A stretch of DNA of 64,000 nt. Source: Balanoglossus misakiensis. Lineage: Eukaryota > Animalia > Hemichordata. Position 1 is the stretch's first letter; each line of letters begins with the position of its first letter. Location: NCBI GenBank assembly GCA_040954595.2, contig CM082576.2, forward strand, positions 7,195,129 through 7,259,128. The letters run 5' to 3'. The notes under the pieces were generated by a model. That model was not told the origin of the DNA, ran no database searches, and saw nothing but the letters and a program-made list of their open reading frames with translations. The translations under genes were made by a program, and so were the position numbers. Shown here one piece after another: positions 41,221 through 54,300 of this stretch.

Positions 41221-43316
41221 CGTCACGAGAATCCTACGGGCCTGACATGCAGCGGCGGCGCCAATTCCCGGCCAGATTTCGATTGAGGGAGTCGACTCTT
41301 CTTTTGTTAAAACTGTGTGGATCCACTGCGGTTTGGTACAGCCGATGCCAGCAGTAACGGGTTCGACTGACGTCTCTTCCTCACAAAGATGCCTAATATA
41401 AACCGAATGTGGCTGAAAGAAGCCGAGGTTTAGGCTACGGCATGGAGTCCACGGTAGTCGGGCCTGTTCAAGCAAATCCGTCGGAGCTGAATTGAATGAG
41501 TCTAAGGATGACGTCACGCGTACCATCCTACCAGACGGCAGTTGACGAGACATGACAACCGCCAGTCTGGGAAAACGGAAAGATATCCGTGACTACCTCG
41601 CCAATGAAAATATAGTTTCATAAAAAGGCGCGGGGAAAATGTGAAGACGGGGATGGAAACCAAGCAATACCTCAGACGTGATGTGGCAGTACAACGATAT
41701 GTTGACCCGCCGGCCACCAGAACTGAACTCAGCGGACCACGCACGCAGACGATGGTCAAGTTCAGTGAGGATGCCACAGTTTTACACAGGAAAGCGCCTG
41801 GTCCCCGAGCACAAACGAGATTCTCGTGGAATCAAATCGTCGGAACCGTTTCAAGGTTTCTTCGTGGTCAACTGTTTCGATCGGAGTGTGTATGATCAAA
41901 TTATCTCTCATGGGACACCCAAGAAGGACCGATTTTGACGTTTTTCACGGACACACTAACACGTAAAAGCACGAAAACCCCCGCACGTCCCACAATAAAG
42001 CCCCCTTAAGCCTCATCTCACCAAACTTCAGAACTTCTTGAATGTATACCCTAAGATAGCGAGAGAAAAAAATCTTGCCGTGAATTTTTCTGCACCTGTC
42101 GACATTCATTAAAAAGTCCTCTATCTATTTAGTCGGAAATATTCACTTAATGTACAACATCATGCAAAAGCTCTCTCTGTTTGGCGACGAGAGATCAATT
42201 AACCAAAAACGTTGACTTATCGCACCTTCTCTACGGAATATGATGAAGCGTTATAGCTTTTCGAGTTTTCAGATATTCACTTCAAACAAAATCGTCAAGA
42301 GGAAGGTTTTCTTGACGTTTCGTTATTACGTAGGGTTGCTTGTCTACTGTTCAAGTTATAAGCCAACCAACGAAGTTTACGTTTTTACAGTTGGACCTAC
42401 GAACAAATTCGGCCTTTCGGTTTCAGCGCCCAAGATCGCCCACTTATAAGGTTTCGACCAATAATTATTTAAAGGCGGCATTTGGACAATTATCGAAACA
42501 AGGTCGCATATTCTCTTTCAAATAAATCTAAACCCTTCTCCAAGTTCACCGATGTCCTCATGCAGAGCACGGTTTAATTTGCTGGTTATTATTTTTACGA
42601 ATATTCCGCGCCTGCGCATCATGCGTCAGAATCAAAAGTGGGGAACTTTTTCTCTGCGACGCGACAATTCTCAGTATTACAGCCCGCTCATTGGTCTTTC
42701 AACGAGTCACGTGACGTTAACAGTCACCTTTTGTCTTCAGGGTTTATTTCCTGTCGCTCGACGGAATTTTGTCAACTGACCATGATTCGGGAACGACAGC
42801 CAGCAAAACACTCCATCAAGTGACAGGAGCTACCTTGGAAATCCTTGACTATACAACTCAGTGGCGTCAAGGATTTCATTCATGTAAGATATACGACGTC
42901 ACAAACTTGGCAATACAAATATACAGAAGGCAATACAGTTTTAATGGAATTTTAATTTTCCTAATAATTTCACCGCGAGTAAACTTCGAGAAAACGCGGG
43001 CCTCAAAGGGACACCAGTTCTTTAAGTGCATGTATTCCTTTAATTTTGTATAAATACTTGTTTATATGAACAACGTCCACGATGCGATGTGGAGAATGGA
43101 CGATGCACATGGTGTGATTGGTTGGATCCTGATGCACGTGATGATAAGGAATTCGATGCACAATTATAATATCGTGATGCAGTTTGGTCAGAGTTACAAA
43201 CAATAAGATGATTATGCAATTTCAGTATATTCATACATTTCGCCATTTTTACTTTGTAAAAATTCATGCCGTTTTATTATATGAGCAAGAAAACTTATGA
43301 ATATCAATAATGTCAA

Positions 43317-43404
43317 TATGAATAAGGATTTTATCTCAATAAATTTGCGGAATCTTTTAGTATGAATAAGGATTTTATCTCAATAAATTTGCGGAATCTT
43401 TTAG
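43317..43404. repeat. Perfect 2 x 44-bp tandem duplication containing AATAAA
   Basis: TATGAATAAGGATTTTATCTCAATAAATTTGCGGAATCTTTTAG repeated exactly. Confidence 0.95.
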
Positions 43405-44134
43405 TATTTTGTGTCCTGTTCAAGATTTATCATTCATCCCTGCCCCTCCAAATGAAGGAGCCAGGTATGACGTTTGTGGACCACCTATTTCAAATCTCAG
43501 CTACGTTTTGGCACCGTAAATAGGGGAACAATAATCGACGATAAATTCTTTTCTCGACTGCCAGTCTTCAATACCAGACGTTCAAGAGAGACACAAAATG
43601 TACTAGGAGGGGAGCCCAAATAATTATATATGCAAGGTGCAAGCGACGAGAATGGAGATTAATGGCAATAGGATTGCGTGTTAAAAGGGCCATGGAATAC
43701 TTTCAAACAGATTTTGGTCAAGACGTCCCGGGCTATAGTTAACCCGCAATATGGCCATATCAACGAAGTGTCAGTTCTACAATGCATTACGTGCGATTTG
43801 TACTTCCAATACCACCTTTTTTGGGCTGGATTCTCCTGTTCATTGAAAAAAAAATTCCAAATGGTGGATGGAATTGGAAACACCTAAAAACTACCAAACG
43901 CCCTCCACGGTCGGGTGTTTCAAGGGGTGGCCCTTTTGTTTTTTAATTTTTGACAAACTCTCCGAACTGTAGAGTTCTTGTTGTTGTCGATTGATCACTC
44001 TGGTATATATATATATGTATACCACCAAGGAGCTAAAAACTAGCAGCAAAGCAAGTCTCTACATGAAATGCTCACCAAATGTTCATTTTCTCAGATCTGC
44101 AGTCGGAGTAAAATCATGCACACAAATGCGCATA

Positions 44135-47100
44135 CTTAAAAAAGTGTCAACCATTTAATAATTATAAACATCTTTACAGCAGTAAAGCTTCCTACTAAGA
44201 TAAAAATTGACAGACAGCTTCAGAAAAAAACTTGACATAGAGCTTTGATATTAATAAAAAAATTATATTAGCCATTGTGCCAGTGGCAGCTAGTTGCTGG
44301 ACCACACGACACATACACTGGACAACAGAAATGAGATTGGCAGTAGAATCACAGGGAAATCATTTGGAATATTTCACGTATTTTATTTTCATTTGTTTTT
44401 AAGTGGAAAAACGTCAAATTTAAAGTCGAGTGGAAGAAGAGATGACTAGGCAGTTTGGCTGTTCATGATGGTTGCCAGAATTTGTGTTTGAAAACTGCGG
44501 CATAGCATAGTTCAGTCACCTACTGCATTCTGCTATGAAACTGTTCTCTATTACGAAAGTGTCGAACTCTTATTAATAGCTTTTTTTCCCCCCATGGAAA
44601 AATCAATTTACACAATTGCCATGATTGCTGGCCCACTGCCTAGTTTCAAAACAGCCCTTCCAACTGCAAAAGTTTTCATGACACTTCTTGATTGAATTCT
44701 ACTCTAATTCATTTCTCTCTCAAAGAACAGACGCTTGCTTAAACATGGTTGATCTCATTTCTCTTGTACAAATGTTACAAAAAACAAAAGGGTTACTACA
44801 CTGCCTGGTGGTGCAAACATCTAAACTTCAGAGAAAAGCACTGACAAGCGCTTAAAATGCCACAAAATGTCTCAAGCAGTCTTTGCCATGAAAACCCAGG
44901 ACACCTAGACTAACACAATTCAGTCCATTGATAGGGCTGCGATAACCTTACCAGGTGTGGAGGTAGGACACTAAATGCCCAACACAGGCTTTAGATTCAG
45001 TGTCGACTCTTGCCTGTCCCCAGCTGTGATTTTGTATTTGGCTGAATACTAGTAACTTGCATGCAATTAACCTTGTGCATTGTATTCAATGGACACCAAA
45101 AATAACACATGTACACACACAGCTAGAGCGTAGTACAGAACTTGTTGCAATATTAGGGAAATCATGCATATGAGAAAAATACATGCGAATACAGTTTTCA
45201 ACATATATAACGTTCATTGTCAATTTAATCTCTGCAGAGTATATACCAGTCAACGTCTGTGGTATTCTGTGCCACTGGTGTTGCACTCAACCAACTGCAG
45301 GGAGAAGAAGGGACCTCCGAGGAAACACCACAGCCAAGTCTGCCTATTTAGGCACTAGAATGGCTACTGGAAACCCTGTTAAAGTATACATGTACTTTGA
45401 TAACACTGTAAATTTTAAGCAATTTACTTCCTAATCGTATGGAAGATTCCCTTTTCCCACCAGGCATGTAGTAAACTCTGTCTCACAATTAAAAAAAGAA
45501 GAAGAAAAATTGCAATAATGAATTTTGGGACATCACACTGAAAAGAGACTGTCCCAACCAGGGGTACAGTCTCTAACACATACCGGTCAACAAATGAAAT
45601 TCCACTTTTTTTTTTGAAAAAGAATAAATTAGGCGTCGCTATCAAAGTAGCTTTCAGAAGTAAGCAAATGAATGTGCCAACAAATCTAATATTGGATTGG
45701 AGCGATCTTTTGTCCACAAAATGATCTGAAAATTGGTGTGTACAATACTTGGAGCAACACTGTGGAGGTCACAAATAAAGCAACTCTTTATATGTACACA
45801 AAACCAATACTTCTTCCCCTCAGAATATTAGCATACTTATTTCTTACATTCTCCAGAAATAAAAACACATGAAAATTTGATAGATTACTCTCTAATCCTG
45901 TGTCCACACACAAAAAAAATGTTAAGTCATTCTGTGCAAAATAAAAATCACCTGTTTCTCTCTGGCTTAGTATTTTTTTTTTTAAATATCTTAACTTTCA
46001 CAATCACAAATCACCACCACCAGAGCACGAGACCAGAAGCAACATCAAACTTGGGTGAAAATTACAGAACTGTGTTTGTGTGTGTGTGCATGCATTTGTG
46101 AATGGACAGCTGCAAGATGTGAATCAGGGAAAAAAGCAAAACGGACACCTAAGTATTAGTGATGACTAGATTTTGCATGAGTTGTATGTTGTTTGTAATC
46201 ACAAAAGCAATGATACGAACATGTAGACAGACAGACAGGCAGACTGCCACTTAATACGATGTATATGAATTCACTTCCTAATAAAACTATCACACCAGAC
46301 TTCATTTCAAATGGATGTTATTTGCACTCGCATCAATTCTACCAGTACAAAAAACATGTCCATTATTTCTACGGGACGACTATGCATGAAGATTACATCA
46401 TCACAAGAACACCTAACTTCACAGAAAAATGAAGTGAAAATTGTTTAGCCCTGGCTTATAGCTTCACAAACCCAGTGGAAATCCACAAGTATCAGATGAA
46501 CTTCTGAATACCATTATAAAGTGCCTCTACTTCCTGGAAGTGAGCTAGCCACCGAGTCATCACATATGTATTACCCCCAAAACACCTAACGGAATATGGG
46601 AATGTTGAGATTTTGAAAGATGTACGTACATCATGTCTCCATTACCTAACCAGAAGTGTGAAAATTGCATATTAAGATGGGTAGTCAAATTTACTATGTT
46701 CAGAACAAATTAAGTTGTTTTTTCGCAACGTACAATACGCGACAGTTACGCAGGTGTAGCGACACTTCAAAGTTTCAAACGCAAGGTTTTTTCGCTACAA
46801 CGGCCGGGCGGGGCCACTTCGTAACGGAGTCTATCTAGGTTGAAGCGCTCTTGTATAAGTAGAACAAATGTAAAAACACAAATCCTACATACCAAAATGT
46901 TAAGTATTACCATCCCTGCCAAAGCACCGAAACGTATGACATTTAAAAATAAAGTTTAAATCACAACTGTTGTTTTATACTTAAAAACGGTTACACTGTT
47001 GAAAAAGAAAAGAGTCCAAGAATGAGTGAACCAATCTGGAGGTGTCACACACCCCCATTACAAAACATAAACACTTGTTGTATTTAAAAACAAATACATA

Positions 47101-48460
47101 ATGGAGTTCTGGTTGGAGAAAATATAAAATACTGTACAAAGTCTTCAGGCCAATCCATCAGCTCATACTGCCCAGTTCTGTAGTGACGGTTTGCAGAGAC
47201 GTGTTTGATATGAAACAAAACTTGATTCAGAATTACCCCTTTGCTAAACTCTGATGTGGGAGAGCAGATGAGGAAGATATTGAGTTCTAGTATATGCCAT
47301 AGCTAGATAATTATCAACTCATTTTGCATTGAGGTTTACAGCTACTTTTCCTTTTGTTTCAGAGAGAAAACCCCACACAGAGTTTTGTTAGATACATGTA
47401 ATAAAGTGTATGTGAGAGGCATATAGCCAGACATGGTTTTCGAGTTGGACTGAACGGTATATCATGGAAACAATCTATCTTGATTCTAAGAGCATCCTCT
47501 GACAGTCAAAGTTGACTACATAAAGTTTTAAAAAAGAGACCTATTACAAAAGGGTGAAAAGTTGAATGATATACGATGCCATACCAAAAAGGTGGCAATT
47601 TTTTTTGGGGGGGGGGGGGGGGGGTGTATGAACTGGTGGATGGGTCTTAAGCGCGGAGAAAAGAAAACTACATTCAGTGACTGTTACAAACTTGTATATG
47701 ATGATGACAATGATGAAGTAGTGACGTTGTGATATTCCCACAGAAAATATACAGCATCAAAAAGTGTCAATAACAGAACAGGACATCAAATGAACTTGCA
47801 TTGAATTTCCACACTAATTATTGCTCATCTACTGTACACTTATAATTCTTGCTGCAGAATCGAAGTCATTTAAAAGCAAGGGTGGATGGTGTATTGAGTG
47901 TATGTATAGTGTGTGTTACATCTGTCTATAAAATGTAAAAACAAAAGAACATAAAAAGAACCACCACTTGAGGTCCTAACTAGGTGTGCTCAGACTGCCC
48001 TCACAGTCTTTTTTTTTTTTTACTTTTTTTTTAAAGGTGCAATACATCAAAATAATAAACAATGGAAACCACACACACAATATAAGCTAACCAACAGCCC
48101 CTTTTTTGTTAAATTACACTCACATTATACACCCTGAAATCTTTCTTAAACAATAACAATTTAGTAGTTTTTTTTCCATAAATATGATGAAAATGTGAAA
48201 AAATGTTGAAAAAGGATTGCCAAAGTGATACATGATGAAGTAAGTCTGACATGGAAATCTGAGAATTTATGAACTGGGAAATTGTCAAAATTGTTTTGTT
48301 CTACTGGATTTAAGATGAGATGGAAAAAGAAGAGACTTAAGACTGCACTGCAGCTTCGGAAAATATTCAGTTTTTTTTTATGCACACCTATTCCACAAAA
48401 GACTAAAGTCAGAAAGGAAAGATGGGGGATGAAATGAATGGGGTCTACTTTCTAATGCTG
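44135..48460 (-). other. PPP3R1: Inferred long (~4.3 kb) 3' UTR of calcineurin B
   Basis: Lies downstream of the stop on -, is U/G-rich on the sense strand and CpG-depleted. ATTAAA(-) at 44154-44159 and AATAAA(-) at 44382-44387 sit near the compositional boundary. The end point is inferred. Confidence 0.45.
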
Positions 48461-48508
48461 TTATACGTCCACGACCATCTTTTTGTGAATGTCTGTGTTT
48501 CCAACAAC
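48461..48508 (-). CDS. PPP3R1: Calcineurin B regulatory subunit, last coding exon
   Basis: acag|VVGNTDIHKKMVVDV* (TAA), the characteristic CnB C-terminus. Confidence 0.97.
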   Translation of the reverse strand, partial: VVGNTDIHKKMVVDV

Positions 48509-49083
48509 CTGTAAAAGAGTGAGAGAGAAATAGAAAACATCAGATATGGTCTTCATGATAGTGGCATAAGTCAAGAGTTCAAGTTTGAAAACAGGTATTT
48601 TTTATTCATTTCAATTGCTGGACTAATTCCCCTGCTGACCTGAATTTTCACTGCATGAAAAGCCAAATCTAGGACAAAACACCACACTTGTTCAGAACTG
48701 CCCTGTACCCCCAATAAACATGACAGGTCTAAATATGCCATGACACGCACACTTGAAAAAAGTCAAATCCGATGGTCTCAGGTGACTTTATTCATAAGCA
48801 AAGTAATCTGCTATCCTGTGCTAATTTATTCCAGGAATGAAGTTCTCTCTCAAGGGAGCTAAGATGATTAATCATGCTGTTTTTACATCACTAAGTCAGC
48901 AATTCCTATGATAAGCATAAACACAACTGATGCAGAGCAAATTTCACTGAACACTGAAATTTAACAAATAATGACATTTTGTTCATTTCGAACTTTTATA
49001 AACGTCACATCGGGGTGTGGGGGGGAGAGACTCAAATGACCGATGAAACACAGGACAACTGAGAAACGACGATCAATACTCAC

Positions 49084-49268
49084 CGCACAAAATTCTGTAA
49101 AGGATATCCTGCCATCTCCGTCTGTATCTGCATTGATGATAGTCTTATCCACTATCTGTTGAAGTTGAGTATCTTTTAAGTTGCTGCCCACCATCATCTT
49201 CAGGACTTGAAAGAGTTCACCGTTTGATATGTAGCCATCCTTGTCCATATCGTAGATTTGAAATGCAA
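49084..49268 (-). CDS. PPP3R1: Calcineurin B exon encoding EF-hands 3 and 4 (185 nt)
   Basis: gcag|(F)[61 protein letters not shown]|gtgagt. Confidence 0.98.
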
Positions 49269-51126
49269 CTGCAAAGCCAAACAACAGAGAATTCAGACAT
49301 CGAACAACAAAGGTGTGAAACATACCTGGGATCATAAATATTACATGAAGACTTAGAGGCTTTACAAGAGAGAGGCTGAAGGATGGGGTGGATTATTCTT
49401 AGTGGTAACTATAAATGTGAAAGTTAACAGAAAAAAAAAACATGAAGCCTTTTTATAGCCAATAGTTGATGCTGCATGTATAAAGAGCAAATGAAATTAT
49501 TAAGGACATAATTTACTTTGCTCATTTTCAAAACTGAACCACACTTGCTGCTTAATTCATAAACGAGATAGCTGCCAACTGTAACTAAAATGGCGCAATC
49601 AATCCAACTGTGAAAAGTTGATAAATTATTGAGCATCAGATGAAAAGGGCACCTGTGACTGTGCACTCGGAAATCATGTTCATTTTTTAAACTGGTCTCG
49701 AAGTTAGAAGCTTCCATTTTCCAACAGTGTACAAGGTACCAGGTATGTGGTTGTCACACACCGAGGTTAACATCAACAGGGTAAAAACTTTTCACACGTG
49801 CATTTTTTACTGACTATGCTTATGAGTCACCTGACAAAAATACAAAACTTTTTTTTGCAGAAAACCCAGAAAAAACATGCATCAAAAGTAGCAATATAGA
49901 TAGGTGTTAAAAGGTGACTTTCAACAGTTGACATAACAGAAGTTGCAAGTTATGCATGCCAAACAAATCCCAATCAGACTAAAACATGCAAAGGCAATTT
50001 AGTGAAATATGTCTAGAAACACAGCAAAGAACACAAATAAGATAGTTCCAGAATTGTAAATGCACACTGAACAGCCAAATTCACCGCTGTTTTTTTTTTT
50101 TTTTAGGGGGTGGGTGTGTGTTTTTCTCTTCATTCTTTGTTGTGTTAGTTGTTCTGTAACCCCCCTCCCCCAACCAGTGTTGAATTGGTCATACACAAAT
50201 GGCATTTGTTCTAGTCAGCTTATGCTCAACTGCCAAAGTACCAACATCTGGATTCAAAAACTTTTATAACATTTATATAATCAGGCCACAGACAAAATTT
50301 TGGAATTGTTGGTGTACATGCATCAGCCTACATGCTTGCTCCCATACAGAGCTGTCATGATCAACCATGTGGTCTGACATGCACTGGATCTCAGCCAAAC
50401 TGATATCTGGTCAAATAATCATCAATGAAGAACAGGTAGTTGCTTCGTATTTTGCCCCAAACAATCACACAAACATTTTTATTTGTACTTGATTTGTGTG
50501 TGATTTACTGGTACAGGACATGCCAATGACAATTCCCGCTGATGGTTTGTGAATTTAAATTGGAATCAATGGGACATGCCTGAAACAAAATATAGCTACA
50601 TAGCATAGACACGCCTTTTTCGCTTTTAGAAAGAAGAAAACGCACATGATATTAACTGAAACAGAAAAGCAGTAAGTATACAGTGTTATAAGAATCACAC
50701 ACGTTGCCAAAGAGTTGACAACACAGAACATTGGCCGCCGCCGCACCTAGGCTTCCCCTGCAAGAATATCAAAAACCCACACACATCAAAATTCCCCCAT
50801 TAAACAGATAGGGTGGACTTTCAAAATATCGAGTGGGAGAAATTTCTGTGTGACTTTGACAAAAAACAGTGGTGACAAGGAAGTGTTGGTCAGAACATGC
50901 ATTTACAAATAGGAAGAGAACATGAAAACAATTGTTTTTAACGCAAATCTAGAATTAACATTAAAGTAAAGAAAACAGTGGATGCTCCAATTACTCTCAC
51001 GCCATAGAAAGTACTGGTGATTGGTTGTCCAAGTGTAGAAAGCAGATGGTAGAGGGATGATGTGATTTGAAGACGGTGTTTTTTTTTTTTTGCCAGGTGG
51101 GCCACTGTACTACCTGATATACCTAC

Positions 51127-51186
51127 ATCTTAACTTTGATTCCTTATCTCCTTTGACACTAAACTGTGATACACCTTGAATGAATT
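51127..51186 (-). CDS. PPP3R1: Calcineurin B 60-nt exon, copy 'VK' (3' copy)
   Basis: cttacag|(E)FIQGVSQFSVKGDKESKLR(F)|gtaggt. Phase 1-1, with branch-like GACTTAAC about 25 nt upstream. Confidence 0.93.
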
Positions 51187-51306
51187 CTGTAAGAGACCAT
51201 AAGACATGTTAAGTCACACACTGGGGGGCACATGGGTGGAGTGGGTTTTGGGGAGGGCAGAGGGGGGAGGGGGACACAAACCAGGTTGCTTGGGGGTGAT
51301 ACCTAC

Positions 51307-51366
51307 ATCTTAGTTTTGATTCTCGGTCACCCTTGACACTAAACTGGGACATACCCTGAATAAACT
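51307..51366 (-). CDS. PPP3R1: Calcineurin B 60-nt exon, copy 'MR' (5' copy)
   Basis: ttttttcag|(E)FIQGMSQFSVKGDRESKLR(F)|gtaggt. Phase 1-1, with a strong pyrimidine tract. Confidence 0.93.
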
Positions 51367-54300
51367 CTGAAAAAAGAAAAGAAATATGAAAACCAAGTAG
51401 ATAGTTAAAGACAGTGACAACCGCAACCACCTTGCGTCCAACTCAACCACACACATCACCAACAAAGGTTAATGCAAAACACTGGCACACATACACAGAC
51501 ACACATACGCACCAAGAAACACACATGCACACATGCACATCTCATTCACAGAAGCTGAGGTTATGCCTACAACCAGGGATTCATTCAAAAGGATTCCAAA
51601 TTTTCACTCGCAAATTTCAGGAAAATCCAATGTCATAGAACACAGCGGGGTAGAGTACATTCATGCATTATTCTTTTTAGATCGCAATGCCACTGATCCT
51701 CGACTGACCACGAGTCAGCAGAGGCCCTGACATTGGACGGTCTCTATTATCTGGAATTGTAGCATCTCTGGGTGTTGGGTATAAGCACTCAGCAAGGAGA
51801 ACAACATAAAAAGAGTGAAACAAAGAGAGAAAGAGAAGTATCTAGGATATGAAGGAGAAAACTGCCTGACCTAAGGTAACCCTACACTGTCAACTAAAAA
51901 TCAAGAATTGGGAAAGGGGAGGGGCAACAAAATGGGGGTGTGGGGACGGTGGTGTTAATATCAATATGCAACACACAAATTCCATACTAAAGTTCGTCTG
52001 AATCTCTTGCAAGCATTTAACAGACACATGAGTGCTAGATGTGTAAAAATCAGCCAAAGGAGTGTACACAGAAGCAGAGACTCCCCTTCCAGCATGAAGA
52101 GTGAGAAAAGTACGGTTGGTTGCTCGGAAGGTGGACTGACATCTTGAATACTTGTCAAACAAAATGCAATTTGGTTCGTGGGTAAGGAAGGATCCTGACA
52201 TTTCAACAACTTGCCAGGACTGATTAGCAGTCTGTAGGCACAGCAATTGTTGAAAGTGATGCCTTGGTACAGTAAGAACACATGACTGTGCATTGCAGCG
52301 TGAGTCAGTCTACTGGAGTAGGGAGCATTTTCAAAGATATGTCACAGCTTTTCATATATGCAGATGTATGTCCACAGGTAAGTTGAGTGAAACTGACATT
52401 TTAGCACACTATGAAAAGCCACTTCGCCAGGCAAACATGTCTTTATAACAAGATCAATAACAGTGAGTTAAATATTCCTATCATAATCAGCATTTACAGG
52501 AGATCCCATTGCTCCACAGCTGTTTAAACGGGAATAAAACTAAAGGTTCTGCATCTTCGCTTGCCAAGGCCTGCCTCTACAATGACAATTAAGCCTTGCT
52601 CAGTTCAATTTTCACTGTAATGAGCCTCGCTGAAATATTACCTTTTTTTTCTCCCCAATGCAATGTTTGGCCAACTGATGATACAATCTCAGTGACATTT
52701 ATAATATGAACAAGATACAGATCTGCTGTTGAGAAAATTGACATTTCCCCAACAGTTGGCATTCCCCAATGAAAGTAGCGCACATTTTCAGTGAGAAGCA
52801 AACAGAGGTAAGAATTCATAATACATGCAGTTTCCCCATCTGTCATTGCTCCTCCCTATCCTGTATGTACTAAATGTGTTGGGTATGGTTTGGTTACGGT
52901 ACACTGTAAAGACTGCTTTTGTGAGCAAGGCTGTCAGCTCTCTGATTGAGAATGAAAATAAAGCTGTTGACACTGCACACTGACTGGGCAAATAATTCCT
53001 TTGGAGAAGCTATTACCACACTGAAAGCTCTGAGCAACTGTCAACAATGGCTGTAATCTAGCCTGGCAGTTTGTTTCTGCTACAAAAAGGACTGGGATAG
53101 GAGCTACCATCAGCCATGACTGTTCATCACCATCAATCCCAAACCGACAGAAGTGACAGGGGGAGAAATCCCACACACTGGGTCCCAAATACATGTAAGA
53201 TGTACATGTATACAACCACATGGGTCGGGGGTGGGATAGACCATTGGGGAGGTAAATGTAATGTCTCGCCATGAACCTAATCCGGACAAACATTGTGGAC
53301 ATATCTATTGCCTGACTCTTTTACCATCCAACGCCCTCTACAGTTGACCTACAGTGTAGATTACGACCTCAACAACAATTCAGAGAAGCATTTGGCCCTG
53401 CAACAGATTGGAATTGAAAGAATCAGTACTGCAGTTAGTACAGTCGTACAAGCAGAATAAAATGTCAACATTGTCAGCATGACATCATCACAATTCTTGG
53501 TTGTGAATTGTGGGAAATTGTAATTTCCTGCCATAAGAGACACAGAGAGAATAATTACACGTTATCAAAGGCAACCCAAATCTAACAAACCTTCAGAAAT
53601 AACTGTGTGGGGAATTTTTTTCAACAGGAGCTGAATACTCTTCATTCCTGATGGACACTTCACATGAAATCTCCCTACCTTCTGCCCGTACTAATGAATG
53701 CTAACATTCAAAGGCACGCAGCAAGCCAAGAACTGCAAGGGCTCTAAGGAAATCTCATCACCTACATTTGTACAGTTTATTGGAAAGAGGGAGACGAGAT
53801 TATGTTGTCATGGCAACGGTTCCTTTCAGCTAACAGACACTTAACCTGATGATGTTGCCACCTGCAATATTGGTTTTAAGTAGTAGTTTTCATAGGGACC
53901 AAAAGCCTAGAGCCAAGTCGGTTTGGAATCACCAGTCAATTCTCGACATACGGGTAGTTATATGCTACATTTAGCCACATTTATTTTCAAAGCAATGAGG
54001 CAGTGTAGCCAATTTGTCGGTAACTTAGTGTACGCTGTTCGTGATGTACATAGCATGAATGTGTGCAGTGAGTGGAGTAGTCTGAATTGAAAGCAATGTA
54101 CACATAAAATTGACTCTTCGCAATATTATTCCCTGTTTCTCAACAAATATATTGCAAGACTTGGATCGGTACTGGGAAAATGTACAAATTCACTATTAAC
54201 ACATAACAGATCGAAGAATATCAAGGAACTGACTTCTGCTCCCACCATATGTATCGACTACAAACAGAAATACATTCTCTTATTAATCTTACCCCGATAA

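Noticed and set aside
41218-41895. Stop readthrough (TGA-C) or a longer C-terminus joining the in-frame ORF 41641-41895
   Set aside because: Several in-frame stops intervene (41284, 41308, 41368, 41431) and no convincing intron bridges them; readthrough would add only about 22 aa.
8002-47625. Scattered poly-G/poly-C and poly-A homopolymers (e.g. 8002, 20822, 30970, 34557, 36871, 47607)
   Set aside because: Common simple runs with no TSDs or SINE bodies evident.
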